Positions 40,010 through 49,858 of a DNA stretch of 64,000 bases are shown here, one piece after another. Made by a program: the position numbers and the translations under genes. Origin of the DNA: a virus. A model generated the notes under the pieces. It was given only the letters and a program-made list of their open reading frames with translations, searched no databases and was not told where the DNA came from. The DNA lies in IMG/VR virus record IMGVR_UViG_3300035698_010154, positions 12,835 through 76,834 of that record; one strand, given 5' to 3'. Position 1 is the first letter of the stretch. Every line of letters begins with the position of its first letter.

Positions 40010-41533
40010 TCAAAGGGTGCAGCCCTCAAAGACACACCCTTTGAGTGATGCCGGGGAATAGGATTGACCGCTATCGGTAATTCCACGAAGTGGATGAGGA
40101 TACTCATACGGAGTGTACCACAATTCCCAGATATCAGTTGGTGTGCATTTATATAGATTGCCAGAAATTGGGCTTACAGGACTCGCGCCAATCATCCCTG
40201 TCAAGTCGCTGCATGATTGATCTGTTACCCAGTATCCTACCCCCGTTGCGCAACTCCACGGAGTAGGTAGAGCAGATCCGCATCCAACCCCACTTGTACC
40301 ATCAAAAGCTGCGTCATAATTAAAAAACTCTGTATTCTCTGCTAATTCAAGCGGGTCGTTTGCTGTTGTTGTTGTTCGATTTTCATAGTCCATCGGAACG
40401 CCAACTTCAGCCCCACCAACATTAACAGCCCCGGTTTTTAGTGCTCCGGAAACAGACACACGATTATTTATAAAATACGAGTCATGAACTTTCTGACAGA
40501 TACAAGCATCGGTGCAAGTTTGGCGAGTAGTGCCTTGATCCTCGACACACCTTCCCACTGGATTTGTGTCTGACGTTGCTAAGTCGCTCCATTCTTCCCA
40601 AATAGAAAACCCACCACTTGATACTAAGACGTTGTTTAAATAAATATTCTTCCCGCCACGAACTTTAGAACCTACACTTGGGCCGGTAGCGGCAAAATTG
40701 TTTCCATACACTTCTGTTATTTGAGGCCCATATATAAAACCCAGTTGGTTTCCGTGTGTTTCAACGTAAGTATCGCCCCCATTTAAAGAACCAGTAACAG
40801 TATTATATCGTACTACATATCCGTAACCCTCATTCCCGCCACCGCAGATCAATCCAGGCCCACTAAACGAAAACGTATTATCTTCAATGTACCAACCCGA
40901 TCCGGAGCCGAGCGTCATTCTGTCGTTTGTAAATGCAGCATGACCGACACCGTCTGGATAGCTTGCATTAGAATCTGCAAGGGTGTTGCTATAAAATACG
41001 CCATGGACGTAACCATCGACCTCAACCGCCCTGTGGATATTAGTAAATTTATTGTGATGGATTTTCACTCGTTTAATGGGAGGGGTACTAAGGTTTGTAA
41101 TATCAATCCCGTATTTATAGCTCATCCTGGCATTACCGACAAACGTAATCCCCGAGACTTCAAAGGTTCCAGAATCAGCAAGTGAGTCGGTGTTAGCAAT
41201 AGCCGTAACGTCCGGTGTGTACTCAAAGAACCCTTCGCCGGTTGAGTTGTCAGTGAAGTTAAGCGTCAAGAATGTGACATCAATACCAGCACCTTGAATT
41301 ATGCAATCTTTTGTTATTGGAATCCCTGTCGTAAACGCACAATCTCCAGTAGCGCAATCAGGGATTATAATTGTATCACCATAGTCTAATATGTCCACGC
41401 AATCCTGAATATCTGTTTGTGATGCACTTGCACATGTAAGCGTAGGAGAGGCATCGGTACAAACTGCAAAAGCTCCATCGAAAGAAGGAATGAATATTGA
41501 CAACAAAGCTATTAAGACAAGCGTTTTTTTCAT
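40010..41533 (-). CDS. Secreted right-handed beta-helix (pectin-lyase-like) protein
   Basis: Signal peptide MKKTLVLIALLSIF..AFA; IHHNKF, IEDNTF, VRYNTV, EVYGNNF repeats; YTPYEYPHPL tail. Confidence 0.6.
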   Translation of the reverse strand: MKKTLVLIALLSIFIPSFDGAFAVCTDASPTLTCASASQTDIQDCVDILDYGDTIIIPDCATGDCAFTTGIPITKDCIIQGAGIDVTFLTLNFTDNSTGEGFFEYTPDVTAIANTDSLADSGTFEVSGITFVGNARMSYKYGIDITNLSTPPIKRVKIHHNKFTNIHRAVEVDGYVHGVFYSNTLADSNASYPDGVGHAAFTNDRMTLGSGSGWYIEDNTFSFSGPGLICGGGNEGYGYVVRYNTVTGSLNGGDTYVETHGNQLGFIYGPQITEVYGNNFAATGPSVGSKVRGGKNIYLNNVLVSSGGFSIWEEWSDLATSDTNPVGRCVEDQGTTRQTCTDACICQKVHDSYFINNRVSVSGALKTGAVNVGGAEVGVPMDYENRTTTTANDPLELAENTEFFNYDAAFDGTSGVGCGSALPTPWSCATGVGYWVTDQSCSDLTGMIGASPVSPISGNLYKCTPTDIWELWYTPYEYPHPLRGITDSGQSYSPASLKGCVFEGCTL

Positions 41534-41880
41534 GGAGTTTCCACCGTTGTTAATGCTATATTTTGATAATGAACCTTATCACCACTCAAGCCTGATTTTA
41601 TTGTTAGAGCAATACCAACAGCCCAGTTCAAATGATCCTTATCTTCATCTAACTTCTTTCTAGCTCTATGTCGCCTTAGATCCACAAGTAGGCCCAAGCT
41701 GAACTCCTCACATTCATAAATATGTGGAATATATGGAACATCATCCTCTTGATTATTTATAAAATCTTGTACTTCTTGAAGAGTCGGTGTCCAGTAGTAT
41801 GAGTCCGTTGGTAGTGTCCAATATAATTCAGGCCATTGCTCTTTTATTTTTTCTTTGATTTCACTAAATTTCACTCTCAT
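41530..41880 (-). CDS. Papain/transglutaminase-like protein, possibly C-terminally truncated
   Basis: YECEEFS and HYQNI motifs; ends abruptly where GC-richer DNA begins. Confidence 0.45.
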   Translation of the reverse strand: MRVKFSEIKEKIKEQWPELYWTLPTDSYYWTPTLQEVQDFINNQEDDVPYIPHIYECEEFSLGLLVDLRRHRARKKLDEDKDHLNWAVGIALTIKSGLSGDKVHYQNIALTTVETP

Positions 41881-41887
41881 ATATATC

Positions 41888-41895
41888 TATTTATA
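41888..41895 (-). promoter_or_regulatory. Late promoter TATAAATA on the minus strand
   Basis: TATTTATA on + strand, 7 nt from the 41880 start codon (near-leaderless). Confidence 0.45.
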
Positions 41896-41942
41896 TTATT
41901 TAGCCAAAAATTTGTTTACATTATTCATTTTTTATGATAATA

Positions 41943-41950
41943 TATAAATA
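41943..41950 (+). promoter_or_regulatory. Late promoter TATAAATA for gp16-prkA
   Basis: Exact consensus before the GAGG RBS of gp16; a GTTTACA box lies just upstream. Confidence 0.7.
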
Positions 41951-41968
41951 ATTCGAGAGAGGTATTTT

Positions 41969-42400
41969 ATGGAAATCGACCGACAAAATTTAGAAGAAGA
42001 ATTTGATATGGAGGGTTTTAATAGTGACGTTGAAAACTTAGAGCCGGTAAATCCAAATGATCCAGAAAAAGTTATCAAATCGAATATAGAAAGAGCAGAA
42101 AGGGTGCTCGATATTGTAGAAAATGAATTACAAAGAGGGAATATTACGCCACGTATGGCTGAAGTCGCCGGGGTACTTATAAACGCCGTTACGGCGTCAT
42201 CGAAGGAACTCATAGCCGATAAGAATTATAAACTCTATTTACAAACTCGGCGAGATAGTATACAATATAAATACGATGAATTAAAATGGAAGAAAAACAA
42301 GAAGGAACAGCCGGTTAATCAGAACTTGATTATCGCGAACAGAGAGGATATACTTAAAATAATTGGCAAAGAAGAACCAAAACAAATTATAGAAAAATAA
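41969..42400 (+). CDS. gp16: Terminase small subunit (T4 gp16-like)
   Basis: TPRMAEVAGVLI motif; NQNLIIANREDIL; size. Confidence 0.75.
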   Translation: MEIDRQNLEEEFDMEGFNSDVENLEPVNPNDPEKVIKSNIERAERVLDIVENELQRGNITPRMAEVAGVLINAVTASSKELIADKNYKLYLQTRRDSIQYKYDELKWKKNKKEQPVNQNLIIANREDILKIIGKEEPKQIIEK

Positions 42401-42422
42401 TAAGTGCAGAAAGGAAATAAAA

Positions 42423-45400
42423 ATGATTAGTAACAGTTATAGTGATTTTAGTGAAATAATTGTCAAACAAAAAAGTGAATCAAAGCCTTTTAAACAATGG
42501 GAAGGAACAATTCTAGACTATCTAAAATTGGTAGATGAGGACAAAAGTATTGCAGACTTTGCATCAAGCCGAGTTTATAATATGATGATGGAGTCAGGAA
42601 CAGAAGAAGTAGATCGATCTCTATTAACTCAAGGATATGATGATCTCGTAAACTACAACTTTTTCAATGATAAGTTGTATGGCATCAAAGAACCCATACA
42701 TGATATGCTGAAATTTTTGAAGGCCGCATCAAGGCGAACAGAAACAGGTAAGAGAATTCTGTTACTCGTTGGCCCTGTGAGTTCTGGTAAGTCCGAAACA
42801 GTCAAACTTATCAAAAAGGGCCTTGAAAAATATGAGAAAGATAAGTATGCCATCAAGGACTGTCCTATTCATGAGGAACCATTACATGCAATCCCAGATG
42901 ATGATAGAGCATTCTGGGAAGAACGACTAGGACGGAAGATTGAAGGAATGTTATGCCCTAAGTGTCAGCAAAATATTGATAAGAACTATACCAATGATGG
43001 TATTGTTCAATGGGATAGTATTCCAGTAGAAAAGATCAGTATTTCGGAGCAACGAAGGGTGTGTATTGGTACGTTCCAGCCTTCTGATCCAAGTTCACAG
43101 GATATTACTGAACTCATTGGTCGAGTTGATACTGCTAAACTATCAAAGTTTGGTGAAACTGATCCAAGAGGTTATAAGTTTGATGGAGAGCTGCAGGTGG
43201 CAAATGGTGGTATGATTGAATATGTAGAGCTTCTAAAAGCTGATATCAAGTTTCATTATGTTCTTATCACAGCCGCACAGGAACAACTTATCAAGTCGCC
43301 TGGTTTTCCACAAATGTACATCGATACATTGATCACTGCTCACAGTGTAGTTGGTAATACACCAATACCATATAGAAAAAATGGACAAGTTTATTTTTCA
43401 ACAATAAAAGAAATGACTGAAAAAAATGATACAGGCATAGAAGTTATTGCTGTTAATATGGATACAAAGAAACCAGAGTGGACTTGGGTTAATTCTTTTT
43501 ATTCGCATCCATTTACTGGTAAGTTAATAACGTCTATACAAAAGAATGGCTTTGTGGAAACAACTCATAATCATTCTATATACTCAACAGATTATGAAAC
43601 ATTTTATCCAACAGAAATGAAGGATATGCTATGCTTAAGAAGTATACCACAAACAGAAAAGATTAATGAATTTCATATAGATTTACCATCTCATTGTGAA
43701 AATAACAATGGAATTGGTAGAGTATCTGATGTGGAAAAATATCAAGGTAATGGTCAATACAGAAAAAATACTGTATGTACATATTATGATGATACTGAAA
43801 AAATTAAATCATTATTAAAACTAATGGCTTGGTATATAACAGAAGGACATTTAGTTAAAGGTAATGTAGAAAAAAGATCGTGTAATGAGGTAGTTATTAG
43901 CAATCAAGATTTAACTGAATTAACAGAATTAAAGAATATTGTTGAAAAACTATCAAATCATTCACCATATCTACAAGACAGAAGTAAAGAAGATGATAAA
44001 ACTAGTAGATTAAGATTGAACACATATATATGGAAATCCATTATGGAATATAATTGTGGTAAATATTCTATCAACAAAAAAGTTCCAGATTTTGTTTTTG
44101 GTCTATCTGATAAGTTGAAGAAATATTTTATTAATGAGTTAATCAAGGGTGATGGATTTGGTAATATAGATGATAAGTTTGGTTATACAACAGTATCTAA
44201 AATGTTAGCTTCTCAATTTACATTTCTTTTATCACAAGTTGGTATAGATTTTAGTGTATATACTGATCATACATCATCTGGTAAAAGATATTTCCAGATT
44301 CGTAGAAGAAATAGTATTAGAAACGATATTAGCGTTAATAAAATTGAAGAGTATGATGTTGAAAATGAAATAGTGTATGATATTGAATGTGATGGAAATC
44401 ATTCATTTACTGGTGGTGTTGGTAATGTTGTATGTCATAACACGAATCAGACTGAGTTTGATTCATTCAGAGCAGACAAGAAAAACGAGGCTCTGCATGA
44501 TAGAATGTATATCGTCAAATGGCCTTACAATCTGAGGGTTGATGATGAAATCAAGATCTATGAAAAGATGATCCGCGAGTCTGACTTTAATGACATCCAT
44601 GTAGCACCTGGAACTCTAAAGGTTGCCGCTCAATTCGCAATCTTGACAAGGCTCTACAAAAGTACGAGTGTATCGTCCTTGATCGAAAAAATGAACATTT
44701 ACAATGGTGAGATCTCAGAAGAGTTCAAGAAAACAGATGTTGATTTGAAACACTTGATCGAAGAAGGTCGCAAGAATGGTGAGGGCATGTCCGGTATTTC
44801 TCCACGGTTCGTTATTAACGCCATGAACATAGCACTTGGGCAGAAAGAATCAAAGAACTGTATCAATGCTATTGATATCATCCGTGCCTTGAGAGATAAC
44901 TTTGCACATCACATTGGAATCGCAGAAGAAGACATTGAAAATTATGTCACTATGTTGATTGGTAGTAAAGATTCTGTATCAGCAAAGTATAAGGAATTCG
45001 CAATGAAGGAAGTTAACATGGCGTTCTTACACGCCTATGAAGAGCAAGCCGAGTCATTGTTTGAAAGGTACATGATCAATGTTGAGTCATTCTGTAAAAA
45101 GGAACAAGTACAAGATTCGATCACAGGTGAATACGGTGATCCTGATGAAAAGGTTATGCGGTCTATTGAAGAACTGATCGGTGTTCCTCAAGAGGGCAAA
45201 GAGACGTTTAGAAATGGTATCTTTGTCTATAAGGCTGACTTCCTTAGTAGGGGTGAGGCATTTACCTATAATGACTACGATCCTATCCGTGATGGTATCG
45301 AAAAGAAACTCATTTACGATCTGAGGAACGTTGTATCATTGTCTTTGACGGACTCAAGTTCAACGAATCCAAAATCCAAGGCTAAACGAAATCGAGCAGT

Positions 45401-45488
45401 GAAGACACTTTTGAAAAAGGGTTACTGTGAAAAGTGTGCAAACACGTTGCTGTCCTTCATCGGTGAAACCATTCGCCGAGATACCTAA
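42423..45488 (+). CDS. prkA: PrkA/YeaG AAA+ family protein containing an intein
   Basis: Walker A GPVSSGKS, CPIHEEPL, FDGELQVANGG, EALHDR, GMSGISPRF; 655 aa after intein removal. Confidence 0.92.
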   Translation: MISNSYSDFSEIIVKQKSESKPFKQWEGTILDYLKLVDEDKSIADFASSRVYNMMMESGTEEVDRSLLTQGYDDLVNYNFFNDKLYGIKEPIHDMLKFLKAASRRTETGKRILLLVGPVSSGKSETVKLIKKGLEKYEKDKYAIKDCPIHEEPLHAIPDDDRAFWEERLGRKIEGMLCPKCQQNIDKNYTNDGIVQWDSIPVEKISISEQRRVCIGTFQPSDPSSQDITELIGRVDTAKLSKFGETDPRGYKFDGELQVANGGMIEYVELLKADIKFHYVLITAAQEQLIKSPGFPQMYIDTLITAHSVVGNTPIPYRKNGQVYFSTIKEMTEKNDTGIEVIAVNMDTKKPEWTWVNSFYSHPFTGKLITSIQKNGFVETTHNHSIYSTDYETFYPTEMKDMLCLRSIPQTEKINEFHIDLPSHCENNNGIGRVSDVEKYQGNGQYRKNTVCTYYDDTEKIKSLLKLMAWYITEGHLVKGNVEKRSCNEVVISNQDLTELTELKNIVEKLSNHSPYLQDRSKEDDKTSRLRLNTYIWKSIMEYNCGKYSINKKVPDFVFGLSDKLKKYFINELIKGDGFGNIDDKFGYTTVSKMLASQFTFLLSQVGIDFSVYTDHTSSGKRYFQIRRRNSIRNDISVNKIEEYDVENEIVYDIECDGNHSFTGGVGNVVCHNTNQTEFDSFRADKKNEALHDRMYIVKWPYNLRVDDEIKIYEKMIRESDFNDIHVAPGTLKVAAQFAILTRLYKSTSVSSLIEKMNIYNGEISEEFKKTDVDLKHLIEEGRKNGEGMSGISPRFVINAMNIALGQKESKNCINAIDIIRALRDNFAHHIGIAEEDIENYVTMLIGSKDSVSAKYKEFAMKEVNMAFLHAYEEQAESLFERYMINVESFCKKEQVQDSITGEYGDPDEKVMRSIEELIGVPQEGKETFRNGIFVYKADFLSRGEAFTYNDYDPIRDGIEKKLIYDLRNVVSLSLTDSSSTNPKSKAKRNRAVKTLLKKGYCEKCANTLLSFIGETIRRDT
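43344..44441 (+). mobile_element. Intein with LAGLIDADG endonuclease in PrkA (366 aa)
   Basis: TAH|SVVGNTP..TTHNH..LMAWYITEG..LIKGDG..VVCHN|TNQ; AT-richer than the extein. Confidence 0.88.
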
Positions 45489-45495
45489 GAATCGT

Positions 45496-45503
45496 TATAA
45501 ATA
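45496..45503 (+). promoter_or_regulatory. Late promoter TATAAATA upstream of yeaH-spoVR
   Basis: Exact consensus just after the prkA stop. Confidence 0.6.
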
Positions 45504-45566
45504 AACACTCTTGACGATAATCTTACAGTTTCACCAATAAATAATGGGGGGAAGGAAAAAGATATA

Positions 45567-45854
45567 ATGTGTAAAGATAACGAAGAATATGAGGAGTGTG
45601 CTTCTGATGGGTTTGATTTCGGAAACGACAAGAGCAAGGCTCAAGTAGTATACGAGGACATAAGATCTATAATCTATAATTTTATTATGGTGTGCTTCTA
45701 TAAGATCAGAAGCACACCAGTTTATAGGTTTATTCATATCGGGTTTATGATTTTATGGGCTATGATATCATGGACGGTTGCATTAGGACAATATGACATA
45801 AAAATAATGGATGGTGAGGATGAGAACGTGATCTTCCACCTTCCAAGTATATAA
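45567..45854 (+). CDS. Hypothetical membrane protein
   Basis: Hydrophobic stretch FIHIGFMILWAMISWTVAL. Confidence 0.5.
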   Translation: MCKDNEEYEECASDGFDFGNDKSKAQVVYEDIRSIIYNFIMVCFYKIRSTPVYRFIHIGFMILWAMISWTVALGQYDIKIMDGEDENVIFHLPSI

Positions 45855-45871
45855 TAGAGAAAGGTGGAAAC

Positions 45872-47179
45872 ATGGGAATAATATATCATTCGGACTGGGA
45901 TTTATCAGATAAATCTCGAAAAGATACACAACGTCACCGGGAAAAGATTGACGATGCTATCCGTAGGAATGCTCGTGATGTTATTGGTGAAGAATCAATC
46001 ATTACTAAAAAAGGCAAGAAGACTGTAAGGATACCAGTAAGAGGATTGAAAGATTATCGTTTTGTTCATGGCCAAGGCCAAAGTGGTGGGGCTGGTCAAG
46101 GTGAGGGTAAGCCAGGTGATACAATTGCTAGACGGCAGAAAGAAGGCAAGGGCAATGGTAAACCAAAGCCAGGTAATGAAAAGGGTGCTGACTACATGGA
46201 AACAGAGGTTGACATTGACTATCTTCTAAAAATCATGTTTGAAGATTTGGGTCTACCTTATATTGAAGAAAAGACAAAAGCAACACAGGTCATACCTAAG
46301 GGCTGGAGATTCAAGGCCATATCGAAGAAGGGTATCCCACCAAGACTGCATAAGAAGAGAACAATGATCGAAACAATAAAGAGGAACATTGTTTTGGCTG
46401 CCGCGGTGATGGAAGATACAGGATGTGATGAAGAAACAGCCTACAAGGCACTGAACATGTCGTTCTGTGATCTGAATGACGCCGTTATGATAATTAGAGA
46501 AGATAGAGTCGATCCTGATGCATCGACAGATTTAGTCATAACAGATGATGATATGAGGTTCAAGAAAATCGAACAGATCATAGAGCATCATTCAAACGCA
46601 GTTGTTATTGCCATGATGGATGTATCTGGCTCTATGGATAGACGAAAGAAGTATCTTTGTCGAAGTCTGTTATTCTGGATGACTGAATTTCTAAAGAAAA
46701 CATACGAGCATGTTCAAATAAGGTTCATACAACATACCACAGAGGCTCAAGTTGTTGATGAGGATTCATTTTTCAATAAGGGTGAAAGTGGTGGTACTTA
46801 TTGTTATTCAGCATTTGAATTGGCTAACTATATGATCGATACAGAGTATCCAATAAACGAGTGGAACGTGTATTGTGTATACTGTGGTGATGGTGAAGAT
46901 TTTGATTCCGATAAAACAGTATCACACATACAAAAAATGCTAGATAAAAAAATTAACATGCTGAGTTATATTGAAATACTTATTCATGGTGATTATGGAT
47001 ATGGCGGATCTTTGTTAAATAAGATCAAATCGAAATGGAAGTTCAAAACTACAAGAATAAAGAGAACAGATTTCTTGAAAAATGAAGAGTTGAGATTTTT
47101 GTGTTCTGTAATCAAGGACAAATCTCACATTTGGCCGTGCCTGAAACATATGCTTTTTAAAAAGAAAGGTAGTAAATAA
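45872..47179 (+). CDS. yeaH: YeaH/YhbH (DUF444) vWA-domain protein
   Basis: RHREKI, Gly-rich GQGEG, MIDAS MDVSGSM, ESGGT, DGED. Confidence 0.92.
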   Translation: MGIIYHSDWDLSDKSRKDTQRHREKIDDAIRRNARDVIGEESIITKKGKKTVRIPVRGLKDYRFVHGQGQSGGAGQGEGKPGDTIARRQKEGKGNGKPKPGNEKGADYMETEVDIDYLLKIMFEDLGLPYIEEKTKATQVIPKGWRFKAISKKGIPPRLHKKRTMIETIKRNIVLAAAVMEDTGCDEETAYKALNMSFCDLNDAVMIIREDRVDPDASTDLVITDDDMRFKKIEQIIEHHSNAVVIAMMDVSGSMDRRKKYLCRSLLFWMTEFLKKTYEHVQIRFIQHTTEAQVVDEDSFFNKGESGGTYCYSAFELANYMIDTEYPINEWNVYCVYCGDGEDFDSDKTVSHIQKMLDKKINMLSYIEILIHGDYGYGGSLLNKIKSKWKFKTTRIKRTDFLKNEELRFLCSVIKDKSHIWPCLKHMLFKKKGSK

Positions 47180-47181
47180 TT

Positions 47182-49761
47182 ATGAATAAATCTGAGATGA
47201 ATAGATTGATAAAAGTTGAAGACAAGATCTACCAAATTGCTGATGAAATGAATTTGGAATATGTTCCCATTGAGTTTGACATCGTTCCGAATAAAAAAAT
47301 GATGGAACTCATGGCATACATAATGCCAGGTAACATCAGCAATTGGAAATATGGTAGGGATTATGAAAAGATCCGCACAAGATATGAGAAATCTGACAAT
47401 AATCTGCCTCTTGAAATGGTTGTAAATACTGACCCTTCAAGAGCATATTTAATGAAAGACAATACATTCGCCATTCAGGCACTTGTAATGGCTCATGTTG
47501 TAGGTCATGTTGCCTATTTCACAATGAATAGGCACTTTACACCTACTGATAAAGAAATCATAACAGTACTTACAGAGGCATCAAAGAGATTTAACAAGTA
47601 TGAAAGAATGTATGGTATTGATATAGTAGAAAAAACCATTGATGCCGCACATTCAATTATGTTTCACTCTTCACCATTTGATATGGAACTGGAAAGTGAA
47701 AAGCGTGAACGTATCTTCAAACAGTTGAAAAGAAAGTTCACTTCAACTGGTAATTCAGAGTTTGAGGATTTGATACCTTCGAACAAGCATAAGATTGAGG
47801 AAGATATAGAACTATTCAATAGAAATCTATGGATGAAATTAAGAGGACAATCACCTGTAGAACCAACAGAAGATCTATTGAGATACATAATTGATAACTC
47901 AAGAGCATTGGATGATTGGCAAAAAGACGTTTGTGAGATGATAAGGCAATTAGGTATATACTTCTGGCCCCAAATGAGAAGTAAATACTCAAATGAAGGT
48001 TTTGCTTGTGTTGTTCCGAATTCGCTTGTCATGACTGAAAATGGATTTGTAGAAATAGAACAAGCTGTTGAATATTGTAATAAAGTTGTTGGTATAAACG
48101 GCAGTCTAACAGAAATAAAGAATAGGTATGCTACAGATAAAATAAAGACTATTAAGATAGAAACAAATAGTGGTCTTATTCTTGAAGGTGCCGAATTACA
48201 TAGAATTCTAGTAAGTGATAATGGTGAAAAAGTAGATAAACATCTAAAAGATATAAAAATTGGTGATGAGGTTTTTATGTCAGTTGGTACAAATATATGG
48301 CCAGAAAAACAGGTAGAAATATCAGAAATAGATTCTATACTACAGAGACATCAATTTTCACGGACACAAAAAGTTACAATACCTAATAAAGTGAGTGATG
48401 ATTTATCATATTTTATGGGTTCTATAACAGCAGAGGGTACAATTCTGGATAGAGGTGTTTCTTTCACAAATCAAAATGATTTATATTTAAAGGATATTCA
48501 AGAAATAGTAAAAAATGAATTTGATAAAGATGTAAATATAATACAGAGAAAGGATAGCAATACAAAAGATATAAAAGTATATTCAACACCAGTATTAGAT
48601 TTCTTATTCCAATGTGGATTGACTAATAGTAAAAGTAATGGAAAACAGATACCTTGGTCTATTTTACAAAGCCCAAAGTCAGTAATGTCAAATTTTATTG
48701 CAGGATTTTTTGATGGTGATGGATGTGTGTATTATGATGGTAGATATGCGAGATCTTGTATATTTACAAGCAAATCAAAAAAAATGATAAGACAACTAGC
48801 TATAGTATTATTAAATTATGGTATTGTTGGAAAATTTGCAATAAATAAAAAAGAAGGATATGACGACTGTTATCAATTTGTTATAGCAAAAGGTGAATGT
48901 TTAAAGATATTTTATAATGAAATACCATTCAGAGATAATAAAAAAAGACTTCTCCTAAAGAAAGCAATTGATTCAATTAAATGGACATATCCAATAAAAG
49001 ATACTTGTAAAGTTATTAGTAAGAAATATGGTAAATCAATAAACTATGATTGGAGTATACCTGATGGAAAACATTATGTGGCTCAAGGATTTATAAATCA
49101 CAATACGTATACTCACGAAAAGATCATGTGGCGATTGTTCCAAGATGGTCTTTTAAATAAATCAGATCATGCTCAGTATAACTACTCCAATTCACTTGTA
49201 AAAGCCAAAAGTCCATTGTCATTGAACCCATACCTAGTAGGCTCTAAGATATGGGAAGACATCGAAGATAGATGGGATAAGGGACGATATGGTAGAGAGT
49301 ATGAGAACGTAACTAGTATCAAGGAACGTGACAATTGGGACACGAAGGCTGGTAAGGGCCAGGAAAAGGTTTATGAAGTATTAAGAACTTGCCAAGATTG
49401 GTTCTTTATGAAAGAGTTCCTAACACCCGATCTTGTGAATGATATGGACTTGTATATATATGCCATAAAAGATACTAATATCACTGAAGACTTCGTTGTT
49501 ACGCGGCACAAGGCAAAAGAGATCGCCGAGTTGATTTCAAATAGTTTCGTTCACAATGGAATCCCAAAGATTCAGATTATAGATGGCGGTAATGATGGGA
49601 AAATGCGAATAGAGCATGCATATGCAGGTGTACCATTGGAACCAACATACTGCAAGGAAACATTAAAACACATGCATTTCTTGTGGGGCGGTGATATCAC
49701 ATTGAAAACAAATGATGGGATAAAGGAAATGTTCTATACAGCAGCAAAGAAAGGGTCATGA
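47182..49761 (+). CDS. spoVR: SpoVR/YcgB family protein containing an intein
   Basis: WKYGRDY, EMVVN.DP..AYLM, AHVVGH, NEGFA|..|TYTH, LNPYLVG; 493 aa after intein removal. Confidence 0.92.
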   Translation: MNKSEMNRLIKVEDKIYQIADEMNLEYVPIEFDIVPNKKMMELMAYIMPGNISNWKYGRDYEKIRTRYEKSDNNLPLEMVVNTDPSRAYLMKDNTFAIQALVMAHVVGHVAYFTMNRHFTPTDKEIITVLTEASKRFNKYERMYGIDIVEKTIDAAHSIMFHSSPFDMELESEKRERIFKQLKRKFTSTGNSEFEDLIPSNKHKIEEDIELFNRNLWMKLRGQSPVEPTEDLLRYIIDNSRALDDWQKDVCEMIRQLGIYFWPQMRSKYSNEGFACVVPNSLVMTENGFVEIEQAVEYCNKVVGINGSLTEIKNRYATDKIKTIKIETNSGLILEGAELHRILVSDNGEKVDKHLKDIKIGDEVFMSVGTNIWPEKQVEISEIDSILQRHQFSRTQKVTIPNKVSDDLSYFMGSITAEGTILDRGVSFTNQNDLYLKDIQEIVKNEFDKDVNIIQRKDSNTKDIKVYSTPVLDFLFQCGLTNSKSNGKQIPWSILQSPKSVMSNFIAGFFDGDGCVYYDGRYARSCIFTSKSKKMIRQLAIVLLNYGIVGKFAINKKEGYDDCYQFVIAKGECLKIFYNEIPFRDNKKRLLLKKAIDSIKWTYPIKDTCKVISKKYGKSINYDWSIPDGKHYVAQGFINHNTYTHEKIMWRLFQDGLLNKSDHAQYNYSNSLVKAKSPLSLNPYLVGSKIWEDIEDRWDKGRYGREYENVTSIKERDNWDTKAGKGQEKVYEVLRTCQDWFFMKEFLTPDLVNDMDLYIYAIKDTNITEDFVVTRHKAKEIAELISNSFVHNGIPKIQIIDGGNDGKMRIEHAYAGVPLEPTYCKETLKHMHFLWGGDITLKTNDGIKEMFYTAAKKGS
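48007..49104 (+). mobile_element. Intein with LAGLIDADG endonuclease in SpoVR (366 aa)
   Basis: NEGFA|CVVPNSL..FMGSITAEG..FIAGFFDGDG..FINHN|T. Confidence 0.9.
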
Positions 49762-49791
49762 TAGAGAGAATAATAATATTAAATAGGTAAT

Positions 49792-49824
49792 AAAGGGGCG
49801 GATAATAAAAATCTGCCCTTTTTT
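49792..49824 (+). terminator. Intrinsic terminator after spoVR
   Basis: AAAGGGGCGGAT-loop-ATCTGCCCTTTTTT. Confidence 0.75.
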
Positions 49825-49837
49825 ATGCTCAAGGTTG

Positions 49838-49845
49838 TATAAATA
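49838..49845 (+). promoter_or_regulatory. Late promoter TATAAATA
   Basis: Exact consensus just after the terminator. Confidence 0.7.
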
Positions 49846-49858
49846 AGTATAAGTAATT

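Noticed and set aside
39556-40044. Plus-strand 162-aa ORF
   Set aside because: Antisense to more plausible minus-strand ORFs; no motifs
43344-49104. Equal intein length as evidence of duplication
   Set aside because: The two intein sequences are not visibly similar beyond generic motifs; probably coincidence
42423-49761. Host chromosomal contamination as the source of prkA-yeaH-spoVR
   Set aside because: Genes are flanked by gp16 and gp17, have broadly phage-like composition and T4-type promoters; read support is still advisable
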